Assembly: GCF_006345805.1 (NCBI RefSeq)
Contig: NC_043024.1
Coordinates: 2,790,001-2,854,000 of the forward strand
From: Octopus sinensis
Lineage: Eukaryota
Length of the DNA stretch: 64,000 bases
Direction of reading: 5' to 3'
The translations under genes were made by a program, and so were the position numbers. Positions 33,327 through 47,100 of this stretch are shown here, piece after piece (positions within the stretch are counted from its first letter, which is position 1; each line of letters starts with the position of its first letter). The notes below the pieces were generated by a model. It saw only the letters and a list, made by a program, of their open reading frames with translations, ran no database searches and was not told where the DNA came from.

Positions 33327-34071
33327 ACAGCAAAATAATTTTTTTTTTTTTTTAAACCTGTCAATTTTTTAAATTCTAAGGTTCTATTAAAATTATTCAA
33401 CCTTCTCTTAATATAATGGGCCCTTTTAGATTTAAAAAGCCATTCGTTTTAACTGAGTCCCTTTGAATTTATCGACGGCTTTTTAAACTTTGTAACTTTA
33501 GATTTCATGGCACCCTCTTCATTATTTTGCTTCGAATTAGCAAAATCGTAGGGGTCCCACTCTGTCTCAACACGTTCCTAGTCACGGCAGGAACATCTAC
33601 GATAAAAGTCCTGCTATGAGTCGACCTGGGGTTAAACAGCAACAAGAACAACAACAGAACATAAAAATATATACGAACCAGTAAGGGAACTGCTGGAAAT
33701 AGCAGCTAAAAACGTGACAGGGTGGTCACGGTTCAGACGCTTTCGACTGTGGGTTCGATCAAGTGGGCTTCACTTCGGTTTCCACATCAAAAAAGAAATG
33801 CAAATATTGATGTTGGGGAAATTAAGAAGAGGAAACGGTTGCGACGGTGTCCGCAGTGTCGGGAATGGATGGATCTGATTGGTTGAAATTAGAGAAACAT
33901 TTCGTTTTTCCTTTAACCACGTGCTTCGTATTTATGGATCTGGTTTTCACATTAATTTTGTGAATTCGTGCGTAGGGTGGCGGGGCTGGTGCTGAAAAGT
34001 GCTTGGTTTTAAGGGTATTGCAAAAGGGTGACGCTGTTACCTTTACAGGGGACGTAGGACAACTATATATA

Positions 34072-34108
<37 letters not shown>

Positions 34109-37100
34109 GGCTCTGTCGTTACGTTGTGAGTTCAAATTCCGCCGAGATCGACTTTGCCTTTCATCCTTTCGGGGTCGGTAAATTAAAGTACCAGTTATGC
34201 ACTGGCGTTGATGTAATCGACTTAATACCTATGTCTCTCCTTGTTTGTCGCCTCTGTGTTTAGCCCCTTGTGGGTCGTAAAGAAATAGGTATAAGTACCG
34301 GATACATTTCAAGAAAGTGTTTTTTATTTATATATGGGGGGTTAGCGGTAGGAGATAAGGGTTTCTGTTATCTTCAGAAATGTAAACAAAATCACGTGTG
34401 TACCTATACCGAAGGATCACCATAAACTTCCTCTTTCTGTCGGTATTTGATATTAAGATTTAGGGAATATCGAAAATTAGAGTGGAGCTTCAAAGGGAGA
34501 ACGAAACATTGAAAGCAATAAGACAACTACCTATTTCTTTATTGCCAACAAGGGGCTAAACACAGAGGGGTCAAACAAGGACAGACAAAGGGATTAAGTC
34601 GATTATATCGACCTAAGTGCGTAACTGATACTTAATTTATCGACCCCGAAAGGATGAAAGGCAAAGTCGACCTCGGCGGAATAATACCTTCAGTAACGTT
34701 TATCATCAAAATAAGCTTCAAAATAAACATACGTACTTATGACATGTATACAATATAAATGCTTGTGTGTATATAATACTTACATATTAATATAGAGAGT
34801 CAACGGGGAAGATGTGACGGAACTGAAGTCAGAGCGGACAATAACAGCTTCGAAAGAATTTCTAGGCTTTTACAACAAACGTTGGTTTATATTTTTTGGA
34901 ATCTACATAATAAAAGAATGCTGTTTGTATACGTTTACACGGTTGATTATCAGTCCTATAAGTTCAATTCTGTCCGTTAAAAGGATGGGTAATTAAACAG
35001 GAGCAGGTGCGACCATTTTTAAAGGTCTTAAACAATTAATTGCCAGGGGAAGTAACTCTTTTTCTTCGCTTTGCTTTGCTTCTTCAACTCTTGTTGAGGC
35101 TGTTGCGAAAAAACCAGCATGTATTAGGCATTTTAAACCTCGCGGGGCCCATCCTTCTCCGAGTCGAAAGCATCTTTTTTTTTTTTTGCCCACAAGGGGC
35201 TAAACACAGAGAGGACAAACAAGGACAGACAGACGGATTAAGTCGACCTCCAGTGCGTAACTGGTACTTATTTAATCGACCCCCGAAAGGATGAAAGGTA
35301 AAGTCGACCTCGGCAGAATTTGAACTCAGAACGTAGCATCAGACGAAATACTGCTGAGCATTTCGCCCGGCAGTATTTCGTCTGATGCTACGTTCTGAGT
35401 TCAAATTCCGCCGAGGTCCACTTTACCTTTCATCCTTTCGGGGTCATCTAAGCTCTCAAGTCATACTCGCTTGTGAATGTCTGTTAAGCTTACATACATG
35501 CACACGATTCTATTTTCCAACATCAGCCTTCATTTAAATAAGTCCTGGGGTACTTTATATAGTTTATTTGATAATTTTGATCATTTCGCTTTGACCGACA
35601 GATTTTTTAAATAATTTCTTTGTAACTAAACACTTTTATACTTAGTATACTGGTAGAATGTGTTTATAAAACATCTTTTTCTCTTGGCTTTCTTGAGAAA
35701 ATTCTGGAGTTTGTAAGCTATTTCTTGTTAAATTTCTCGGATTTCGGCAATTTCAACCAGTCAACGACGTCTATTGAGGTGAATACAATTACTGCTGTTG
35801 TTTGTGAACAAGTTCAACAACACCGTCCGGTGAGAAATTAAACAAGAAATAGCTTACAAACTACAGAATTTTCTCAAGAAATCCAAGAGAAAAAGATGTT
35901 TTATAAGCACATTCTACCAGTATACGAAGTTTAGAAGTGTTTAGTTACAAAGAAATCATTTAAAAAATCTGCCGGTCAAAGTGAGAAGATCTGATAATTC
36001 TTCTTCATCCTCATTATTATCATGTTGAGAAGACTCGTCAAGCAAAGTGAATTCGTAATTGTGGTCGATGCTGGTGTCACGTAACTGGCACCCGTGCACG
36101 TGACACGCTAAAAGCATCCATTACACTCTTGGACTGGTTGGCGTTAGGAAGGACATCCAACCGTAGAAGCCATGCCAAATCAGATTGGAACTTGGTGAAG
36201 CTCTCTGGCTGACCAGTTCCAGTCAAACCGTTTGACCTATGCCAGTAAGTAGGAATTGATAAGATGTACCCAGTGTAAGCTATGGACACATAAGAGGTGC
36301 AGCAACATCAAAGGAAAATTAACTGAGAAGATAGCTTTCATGTGCGGCAAATGCACAGGGACAATAGACACCACAGATACTCAGAAAACAGATTCCATCA
36401 CACTCCAGGGGGAGAAACCAGAAGTAGTTGATAGTCTCTGCTACCTAGGTGACCAAGTTAGTAGTGGTGGTGGATGCTGAGAGAGTCACCACTAGAACAC
36501 GAATAGCCTGGGCAAAGTTTAGAAAGCTCCTACCCCTACTGGTGGCAAAGGGTCTCTTGCTAAGAGTGAAAGTTAGATTGTATGATGCATGCGTGCGTAT
36601 AGCCATGCTTCACGGTAGTGAAACATGGGCTGTGACTGCAGAGGACATGCGTAGACTTGAAAGAAATGAAGCTAACATGATCCGCTGGATGTGTAATGTC
36701 AGTGTGCACACATGACAGAGTGTAAGCGCCCTGAGAGAAATGCTGGACATAAGAAGCATCAGATGTGGTGTGCAAGAGAGACGTCTGCGCTGGTATGGTC
36801 ATGTACTGGGATGGATGAGGAGAAATGCGTGAAGTGCTATTGTTGCAACGTCCTTGCTTCCCAGTCCCTGGTCGAACCGTCCAACACGTACTAGCAGGGA
36901 AAACGGACGTTAACCGATGATGATTTTGATGACATGTACGCCAAGATTGAATCAAAGTCTCACCTATGTAAGAACACACCAAAAACAGCTCCAGGTTGCT
37001 TCATATATTCGCTTAGGGGACAGCATAAATAATGATGGGTATGGAAATAATCTGGGACAATTGTGCATCCTTCCATTGAGCTTCACAAGTGGACCCCACC

Positions 37101-38740
37101 CCTACTATATGCATGAAAGAACACAAGAAGCCGTGACATGTGTACAAAATTATGGTAGACCAGATATATTTATTATAACTTTTACATGTGACCCAAAATG
37201 GCCTGAAAAAAGAAACTCTTTCTTCATCAACAGGCACACCATAGACAAGATCTCATAGCATGGGTTTTTAACTTGAAATAAAATAATATGATGATGCACC
37301 TCTTTTCTAAATCATATATCCTTGGGGAAGTTCACTGTTTTATGTATATAGTGGAATGACAGAAAAGGGGATTACCTCATGCCAGTATTTTACTCTGGAT
37401 ATGCACAAAAATAAACTCAACCAAATTATGTATATCATAATACTTAGAATGTAGCTCCTGAGAAACAGTGAAAGTAATTACTCGATCAACGATGGGTTTT
37501 GCTGCTAGTCTATATATATATAAAAGAGAGATTCTGTCTGTTTGTTTCTTTGTCCAGCAAAATTGGAGTAAATTGTTCAAAGGAAGCTATTATGCTTTGT
37601 CTATATATATAAAATCGAAATTCCCTCTCTTTCTTTCACCGGCAAAATGAAAGTACCTGTCTGCTATTGCCTAATTTGTCTCCCCTGCAATGGCCCATAA
37701 CGCTATGATGGATGGATAAAAGAGGGCTGAGAAGGGCTGGAACATGGAAATGAACAGCTTATAAAGCTAAGCATGGTGGAGTTAACCTTTTATCGCATAC
37801 TCATTGGGTCTGTGAATTGTCTAGTTTATGATTGGGTCAATACAAGTCTTGGTTTTAGATGTTGGACATACAAAATGACAGAAGAATACTTAAAGAGTAA
37901 AACAGCTTTATTTAGATTTCACATTATAAATATTCACAAAGGTTGATGAGGTTACCATTCAAGATTTTGGCCCTTACAAAGGTGATGACAAACAATTGTG
38001 GCAATTCACACAGAATATTACACACTTCATTTATAACAAAGGTTCCTCTTCTGTGTGTATACATTTGTGTCCAGTTAAATAATGATTTTTGAGAGACTTG
38101 GTCGAAAAGAAGAAGTCATGGTACAAGGATAACATTTTACACCTTAGTTTTGATGTCAAATGTCTGATTTGATTGAAGTATGCAAGGTTATCTGCCATCT
38201 TTCCAGCAACTTTGGTCACTTTTTTGAAGTCCATACCTCAACTAGCCATGGACATGCTTATAAAATTAAAAAAAAACAAAAACAGTGCAGCACCCATGGC
38301 TTTCAGAGATATTTTTTCATGTGCACAATTAGTGAAGCGGGGAATAAATTATACGTTGACTGCAACCTTCAAAACTTTCAGATTTCCCCAAATATGTCAT
38401 CACTACCCCTGATGTTCCTATGCTCTCTTTCCTCTTTGTGGTTCTATCCCTGCATACATTTCTGGGGACATTTTGTGTTTTATTGTGTACAGTGCATCTA
38501 CTTCAAGCTTTCACTGCTGTCTTTAGTTCACAACTATATGTCTTCTTTCTATTTCTTCTCTTAACTTTTTCCAATGAGAACAGTATACAATAAATTCAAT
38601 ATCATAAGACAGAAGATGATTTGGGAGAATGATTTACTAGAGATAATATAGTGATGTAGTTTCTATGCTGGATGGATGCATTTATGGGAAATTAACTCAG
38701 CACTTTGAGAGAATGATTCTCTGCAGATATCACGTTGACT

Positions 38741-39604
38741 TTATTTTTCCTCCATATGGACGCATTTGTGATTAGATAAGTGATGATTCTGAGAAAATGA
38801 TCTGCCGCAGATATCACAGTGATATGGTTTCTCTCCTGTATGAATACGTTTGTGATTAGTCAAACTAGATGTTTGAGAGAATGATTTGCCACAAATATCA
38901 CACTGATATGGTTTTTCTCCTGTATGAATACGATTATGTTGAGTTAAGCTACTGCTATGAGAGAAAGATTTACCACAGATATCACACCGATATGGTTTTT
39001 CTCCTGTATGAATACGTTTGTGATTCATTAAATGATGATTTTGAGAGAATGATTGGCCACAGGTACCACACTGATATGGTTTCTCACCTGTATGAATACA
39101 TTTATGGTCAGTTACATCACTATTACGAGAGAAAGATTTACCACAAATATCACACTGATATGGTTTCTCACCTGTATGAATACGATTGTGTCTCGTTAGG
39201 TTTTGATTCTGAGTGAATGATTCTCCACAGACATCACACTGATATGGTTTCTCACCTGTATGAATACGATTGTGTCTCGTTAGGTTTTGATTCTGAGTGA
39301 ATGATTCTCCACAGACATCACACCGATATGGTTTTTCTCCTGTATGAATACGCTTGTGATTCATTAAATAATGATTTCGAGAGAACGATTGGCCACAGAT
39401 ACCACACTGATATGTTTTCTCACCTGTATGAATGTATTTGTGATTAGATAAGTGTTGATTCTGAGAAAATGATTTGCCGCAGATATCACACTGATATGGT
39501 TTCTCACCCGTATGAATACGTTTGTGATTAGTCAAACTAGATGTTTGAGAGAATGATTTGCCACAGATATCACATTGATATGATTTCTTTCCTGTATAAT
39601 ACAT
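38741..39604 (-). CDS. C2H2 ZNF D2 (287 aa, 10 fingers), full C-terminus HKCVHMEEK
   Basis: ORF track; the only D copy without the in-linker TAG. Confidence 0.87.
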   Translation of the reverse strand: MYYTGKKSYQCDICGKSFSQTSSLTNHKRIHTGEKPYQCDICGKSFSQNQHLSNHKYIHTGEKTYQCGICGQSFSRNHYLMNHKRIHTGEKPYRCDVCGESFTQNQNLTRHNRIHTGEKPYQCDVCGESFTQNQNLTRHNRIHTGEKPYQCDICGKSFSRNSDVTDHKCIHTGEKPYQCGTCGQSFSQNHHLMNHKRIHTGEKPYRCDICGKSFSHSSSLTQHNRIHTGEKPYQCDICGKSFSQTSSLTNHKRIHTGEKPYHCDICGRSFSQNHHLSNHKCVHMEEK

Positions 39605-40458
39605 TTGTAAACAGTTAAATGATGGATTTGCAAGAATGATTTACCACACGTATCACACTGATGGATATTTCTTTCCTGTATGAATAGGTTTCTGGGTCTT
39701 TAAGCTTCTACAGATATCACAGTGATAAAGGTGTTCCTCTGTATGAATATGCTTTCTCTGAGAGACTGATATTTTTACAGATATTGCAGTCACATAATTT
39801 CCATCACTTATTTGACAACTCTTCAGGGGAAAAAAAAAATCAATCCTTTATCTTCTCTGCATCATGAAAACTTCAATAATTTTTCTTCTTTCACCAAAAT
39901 ATATATCTTCTAGTTTAGTTGTTATAAATCATTCCTGACAAATATTCCTTCAGCTATGTTTCCATCAACTGTAATCTCTGCTGTAATTTGGAAACGTTGC
40001 AATCTCCTTTGTAAATTGAATCCAAGTTTATTTAGAATGCAAGATTATCTCGTACAGGTTCCAGAGAGCAAACACAGAGAAGTGTTGTTTATAATCTCAC
40101 CCAAGAGGAAATATTTCACCTCAGCTTCATATTAAACGAGGTTATATCAATTCTGTATAAAAATTCCTTCCTTTAGTCTTTAAAAGATGATGAATATATT
40201 CTGGTGATGTTTCTGTTGTAACAATTCTATTATTCCATTATTCTGAAACAACAGAAATAATATAAGATAGAGAATACATTTAAACCGTAGAAATGGCAAC
40301 AGCGAATATTTCCTACATTTCTGTACAGATAAATTATAGATACTCTTTTACTTGTTTCAGTCATTTGAATGTGGCCATGCTGGAGCACCACCTTTAGTCG
40401 AGCATATCTATCCCAGGGCTTATTCTATGTAAGCCTAGTACTTATTCTATCGGTCTCT

Positions 40459-40680
40459 AGCAAAATAATGAAGAGGGTGCCATGAAATCTAAGGTTACAA
40501 AGTTTAAAAAGCCCTCGATAAATTCAAAGGTTCCTTTAAAATTATTCAACCTTCTTTTAACATAATGGGCCCTTTTTGATTTAAAAAGCCATTCGTTTTA
40601 ACTAAGACCCTTTGAATTTATCGAGGGCTTTTTAAACTTTGTAACCTTAGATTTCATGGCACCCTCTTCATTATTTTGCT
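40459..40680. repeat. Perfect 72-bp inverted repeat with a 78-bp spacer
   Basis: 40459-40530 is the exact reverse complement of 40609-40680; unique to this copy. Confidence 0.95.
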
Positions 40681-41284
40681 TCGAATTAGCAAAATCGTAG
40701 GGGTCCCACTTTGTCTCAACACGTTCCTAGTCACGGCAGGAACATCTACGATAAAAGTCCTGCTATGAGTCGACCTGGGGTTAAACAGCAACAAGAATAA
40801 CAACAGAACATAAAAATATATACAAACCAGTAAGGGAACTGCTGGAAATAGCAGCTAAAAACGTGACAGGGTGGTCACGGTTCAGACACTTTCGACTGTG
40901 GGTTCGATCAAGTGGGCTTCACTTCGGTTTCCACATCAAAAAAGAAATGCAAATATTGATGTTGGGGAAATTAAGAAGAGGAAACGGTTGCGATGGTGTC
41001 CGCAGTGTCGGGAATGGATGGATCTGATTGGTTGAAATTAGAGAAACATTTCGTTTTTCCTTTAACCACGTGCTTCGTATTTATGGATCTGGTTTTCACA
41101 ATTCTTTTGTGAATTCGTGCGTAGGGTGGCGGGGCTGGTGCTGAAAAGTGCTTGGTTTTAAGGGTATTGCAAAAGGGTGATGCTGTTACCTTTACAGGGG
41201 ACGTAGGACAACTATATATATATATATATTATATATATATATATATTATATTATAAATATATATGTATATATATAGGTGTATAT

Positions 41285-43330
41285 ATATTGGTAAAACGGT
41301 AAGATAACAAAAGAAAGAAAGAGACCTCAATATTATGTAAATTCCTGCATGAACAGCTGTTTTCTTGTGTTGTTTGTATGTTATGTTTGATTATGTTTTT
41401 AAAATTGGTAGTGGAACTAAAACTAATTTTTAAATTGTGTCTATTGCAGAGTTTCCTATAAGTATGGTTAACTGGAAAATGTCTATCTATCAGTGCTAGG
41501 AAATATTTACCTATATTGAAGGCCACCTCGGGTGAGTAAGGGGGTGTAAACTAGATGACCTTCCTATTTCTATTATTCCTTTTCCTTACTGTTGGGCTAG
41601 TAACGGGTGTATATTTTATTTTTTCGCTAAAACCGCTATCTTTTAAAGCCTTATTATAAACTGGGGCAACGCTATTAAAGATGTCCTTATCAGAGGAGAG
41701 GCTAGAAATCCTCTTACTAATATTTTAACTAAATTTTGAATACTATAGGGGATGGCATGAACCTACATTAATATAACTTAGTCTATCATTGGGCTTCCTA
41801 TAAGGCTTATAAATATTCTTATTAAGATCTAAGGAAACGTCTAAGAAATTGACAACCGTCAGGTTAATATCTATAGTTATACTAAGTCCGAAGTATTTCA
41901 TTAACTGGATAATATCCTTCCTAAAACGATCTTGTGCTGGTCCATTTGTATTAGCTGTTAAGGCGAGGGCGTCATCTTTGTAGATGGCGAAATGTACGTT
42001 AGGGAAAGTCTTACCGAAGGTATCTAGGAGAAAGAGTCCAATTAGATCACAGATGCCTGCCCCATCATATGAACCCATGCTCACATCGAAAGCGCCCTCC
42101 GTGTCGGTGTTTTTGACCCACTTAGCGTTCTCACTGAAAAGTAAGGTCTTTCTAGCATGGAAGATTATGTCCTTATCATTTGTACTAATTTCTATGAAGT
42201 CGTTAGCGAAGACGAGGGCTTTATCTAGCAGTTCTTTAGAGATAGAGGCATAAAAATCAACAATATCGAATTGTGTAAACCTCGCTTTTTTTCTTATTCT
42301 TAATGGCTTTAAACCAGTCTACGACTTCTATACTATTGGACCATTGTACTAGCCAAGTATCGGTTTTAATTTTCGTATTTATTTTATCTAAAATTTCTTT
42401 GCTAATAATCCCAAGTCCTGACTTGGCTGGGTTGATAAGCCTACATTTAGGGTTGGAAAGGAAGTTCCCTTTGTGATCTTTAATAGTAATAAAGGCCTCT
42501 TTTTGGGGGAGGGCTTCTACTTTTTTATCTAATTTAAGTTTAGCGGCGATGACGCTAGCTTCTTTATTATTTCGTTATATGTCTGTGCCCTGGCCTTAGT
42601 GTAATATAATGATGCTGTTGGTGTAAGAGTTGTGTGTATTTGCTGTTATCTACCAGGTATAAGTTCTTAGTTTTGTCCGAAAAAAGTGCTTTTTTCTTGG
42701 AGCTTTTTATATGTTTAATATCTTTTTTCAATTTATGTTGGAAATTGTTAAAAGACTTACGAAATTTTATTTTGTTCATAATTTTCAGCAGGTCCGCCTC
42801 GAAATCTTCCAAGCCTTTAATCCTGGGAGGGAATTTTTGGGATTTTATACGATAGAAATTGTTTTCCCTGGTGTCCGCTTCTGTATCAAAAAATTAATAT
42901 AATTTTTATAACGAAAAATGCGAGTGAAGACGTATATGTTTACATAGCGATGTATAAGTACGCAGGCAAGCAGAATTATAAAACAGTAATTTCCCTTTAT
43001 ATAACGGTATTTTTTCATAGCGTTTTTTCAGATGGCCAGATAACCGAAGAGATGGCGTCGTGGATTCCCACTTCGGCATCTGAAACTCAGAGTTTTATCT
43101 TGACTATCGAGTAATGTAACAGTCATCTCTTGAGCAATACCACCAAAAAAATTTTTTTCCCTCTGCTTCCCTTCTCGGGATCATTCCTCTCCTTGTTTCC
43201 GAAGAGGAGCTCCGCTCGAAACGTTTTAAACCCTCCTTCCCTTCTCAATGAGCATCAAATATACTTTAATTGTTCCACGTCCTCGTGTGCTGTGTTTTTT
43301 TCTGGTTTTCTTGTTGTGATAACTATATAT
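41285..43330 (-). mobile_element. Penelope-like element: RT relic lacking GIY-YIG, with inverted pLTR; inserted in (TA)n of the D2 intron
   Basis: Minus frames give KDHKGNFLSNPKCRLINPAKS, FDIVDFYASIS, FDVSMGSYDGA..CDLIG, IYKDD, VNFLDVSLDL and YRKPND; the ORF stops at CSCRN and joins pLTR sequence at 41340. Confidence 0.9.
43034..43105 (+). ncRNA. Degenerate hammerhead motif (same family as 16931-17000, core CCGAAGA)
   Basis: GAUAA-CCGAAGA-GAUG...CAUCU-GAAA-CUCAGAG-UU-UUAUC; U4 is replaced by C. Confidence 0.55.
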
Positions 43331-43894
43331 ATATATATTATATATATGTATATGTATATATATGGCTCTGTCGTAACGTTGTGAGTTCAAATTCCGCGGA
43401 GGTTGACTTTGCCTTTCATCCTTTCGGGGTCGATAAATTAAGTACCAGTTCCGCACTGGGTCAATGTAATCGACTTAATACCTATGTCTGTCCTTGTTTG
43501 TCCCCTCCATGTTTAGCCCCTTGTGGGTAATAAAGAAATACGTATTTCGTCTGCCGTTAAGTGTTCTGGGTTCAAATTCCGCCGAGGTTGACTTTGCCTT
43601 TCATCCTTTCGGGGTCGATAAATTAAGTACCAGTTACGCACTGGTGTCGATGTAATCGACTTAATCCGTTTGTCCCCTCTGTGTTTAGCCCCTTGTGGGT
43701 AGTAAAGAAATAGGTATAAGTACCGGATACATTTCAAGAAAGTTTTTTTTATATATATATATGGGAGGTTAGGGTGGGAGATAAGGGTTTCTGTTATCTT
43801 CAGAAATGTAAACAAAGCCACTTCCGGTGCTTACGGTACCTATACCGAAGAATCACCATAAACTTCCTCTTTCTGTTGGTATTTGATATTAAGA

Positions 43895-44126
43895 AGGTGG
43901 CGAGCTAGCAGAACCGTTAGCACGCTGGACGAAATGCTTAGCGGTGTTTCGTCTGCCGCTACGTTCTGAGGTCAAATTCCGCCGAGGTCGACTTTGCCTT
44001 TCATCCCTTCGGGGTCGATAAATTAAGTACCAGTTACGCACTGGGGTCGATGTAATCGACTTAATCTCTTTGTCTGTCCTTGTTTGTCCCCTCTATGTTT
44101 AGCCCCTTGTAGGTCATAAAGAAATA
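43895..44126 (+). mobile_element. Copy-specific family 2 SINE with 17-bp TSD
   Basis: TSD GGTATTTGATATTAAGA at 43878-43894 and 44127-44143; the site is empty in the other units. Confidence 0.9.
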
Positions 44127-47100
44127 GGTATTTGATATTAAGATTTAGGGAATATCGAAAATTAGAGTGGAGCTTCAAAGGGAGAACGAAACGTTGAAAG
44201 CAATAAGACAACTACCTATTTCTTTATTGCCAACAAGGGGCTAAACACAGAGGGGACAAACAAGGACAGATAAAGGGATTAAGTGGAATACATCAACCCC
44301 AGTGCGTAACTGGTACTTAATTTATCGACTCCGAAAGGACGGAAGGCAAAGTCGACCTCGGCGGAATTATAGCTTCAGTAACGTTTATCATCAAAATAAG
44401 CTTCAAAATAAACATACGTACTTATGACATGTATACAATATAAATGTTTGTGTGTATATAATACTTACATATTAATATAGAGAGTCAACGGGGAAGATGT
44501 GACGGAACTGAAGTCAGAGCGGACAATAACAGCTTCGAAAGAATTTCTAGGTTTTTACAACAAACGTTGGTTTATATTTTTTTAAATCTACATAATAAAA
44601 GAATGCTGTTTGTATACGTTTACACGGTTGATTATCAGTCCTATAAGTTCAATTCTGTCCGTTAAAAGGATGGGTAATTAAACAGGAGCAGGTGCGACCA
44701 TTTTTAAAGGTCTTAAACAATTAATTGCCAGGGGAAGTAACTCTTTTTCTTCGCTTTGCTTTGCTTCTTCAACTCTTGTTGAGGCTGTTGCGATAAAACC
44801 AGCATGTATTAGGCATTTTAAACCTCGCGCGGCCCATTCCTCTCCGGGTCGAAAGCATCTTTTTTTTTTTTATTGCCCACAAGGGGCTAAACACAGAGAG
44901 ACGGATTAGGTCGATTACGTCGACCTCTAGTGCGTAACTGGTACTTATTTAATCGACCCCGAAAGGATGAAAGGTAAAGTCGACCTCGGCGGAATTTGAA
45001 CTCAAAACGTAGCATCAGACGAAATACTGCTGAGCATTTCGCCCGGCAGTATTTCGTCTGATGCTACGTTCTGAGTTCAAATTCCGCCGAGGTCGACTTT
45101 ACCTTTCATCCTTTCGGGGTCGAAAGCATCATCTAAGCTCTCAAGTCATACTCGCTTGTGAATGTCTGTTAAGCTTACATACATGCACACGATTCTATTT
45201 TCCCGCATCAGCCTTCATTTAAATAAGTCCTGGGGTACTTTATATAGTTTATTTGATAATTCGGATCTTTTCGCTTTGACCGACAGATTTTTAAAAATAA
45301 TTTCTTTGTAACTAAACACTTTTAAACTTAGTATACTGGTAGAATGTGTTTATAAAACATCTTTTTCCCTTGGCTTTCTTGAGAAAATTCTGTAGTTTGT
45401 AAGCTATTTCTTGGAATTCAGCAATTTCAACCAATCAATGACGTCTATTCAGGTGAATACAATTACTGCTGTTGTTTGTCAACAAGTTCAACAACAGCGT
45501 CCGGTAAGAATTTAAACAAACTACAGAATTTTCTCAAGAAATCCAACAGAAAAAAATGTTTTATAAACACATTCTACCAGTATACGAAGTTTAAAAGTGT
45601 TTAGTTACAAAGAAATTATTTTAAAAATCTGCCGGTCAAAGTGAGATTTGATAATTCTTCTTCATCCTCATTATTATCATGATGAGAAGACTCGTCAAGC
45701 AAAGTGAATTCGTAGTTGTGGTCGATGCTGGTGTTTAGAAAGCTCCTACCCCTACTGGTGGCAATGGGTCTCTTGCTAAGAGTGAAAGTTAGATTGTATG
45801 ATGCATGCGTGCGTATAGCCATGCTTCACGGTAGTGAAACACGGGCTGTGACTGCAGAGGACATGTGTAAACTTGAAAGAAATGAAGCTAACATGATCCG
45901 CTGGATGTGTAATGTCAGTGTGCACACATGACAGAGTGTAAGCGCCCTGAGAGAAATACTGGACATAAGAAGCATCAGATGTGGTGTGCAAGAGAGACGT
46001 TTGCGCTGGTATGGTCATGTACTGCGGATGGATGAGGAGAAATGCGTGAAGTGCCACTGTTGCAGCGTCCTAGCTACCCAGACCCCGTTCGAACCGTCCA
46101 ACCCGTACTAGCAGGGAAAACGGACGTTAAACGATGATGATGTTGATGAATTTTTTGTTGAATATATGCCAAGATTGAATAAAAGACATGTAAGAATACA
46201 CCAAAAACAGCTCCAGGTTGCTTCATATATTCGCTTAGGGGACAGCATAAATAATGATGGGTATGGAAATAATCTGGGGCAATTGTGCATCCTTCCATTG
46301 AGCTTCACAAATGGACCCCACCCCTACTATTTGCATGAAAGAACACAAGATGTTGTGACATATGTACGAAATTATGGTAGACCAGATATATTTATTATAA
46401 CTTTTACATGTGACCCAAAATGGCCTGAAATACAAAAGAAACTCTTTCTTCATCAACAGGCACACCTTAGACAAGATCTCATAGCATGGGTTTTTCACTT
46501 AAAATAAAATAATATGATGATGCACCTCTTTTCTAAATCATATATCCTTGGGGAAGTTCACTGTTTTATGTATATAGTGGAATGACAGAAAAGGGGATTA
46601 CCTCATGCCTGTATTTTACTCTGGATATGCACAAAAATAAACTCAACCAAATTATGTATATCATAATACTTAGAATGTAGCTCCTGAGAAGCAGTGAAAG
46701 TAATTACTCGATCAACGATGGGTATTGCTGCTAGTCTATATATATAAAAGAGAAATTCTGTTTGTTTGTTTGTTTGTCCAGCAAAATGGAAGTAAATTGT
46801 TCAAAGGAAGCTATTATGCTTTGTCTATATATATAAAATCGAAATTCCCTTTCTTTCATTCACCGGCAAATTGAAAGTACCTGTCTGCTATTGCCTAATT
46901 TGTCTCCCCTGCAATGGCCCATAACACTATGATGGATGGATAAAAGAGGGCTGAGAAGGGCTGGAACATGGAAATGAACAGCTTATTGAGCTAAGAATGG
47001 TGGAGTTAACCTTTTATCTCATACTCATTGGGTCTGTGAATTGTCTAGTTTATGATTGGGTCAATACAAGTCTTGGTTTTAGATGTTGGACATACAAAAT

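Larger units (their letters stand above)
21199..34292. repeat. Segmental duplication unit 1 (~13.1 kb including a 4.8-kb RTE insertion)
   Basis: Collinear with units starting at 34293, 43718, 53107 and 61954 (anchor AAGTACCGGATACATTTCAAG). Order: SINE, exon 1, foldback SINE, MITE, RTE relic, Helitron relic, ZNF D, intron. Confidence 0.92.
34293..43717. repeat. Segmental duplication unit 2 (~9.4 kb including a Penelope insertion)
   Basis: Collinear with unit 1; exon-1 core at 34794-34819 (donor 34783) serves D1. Confidence 0.92.
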
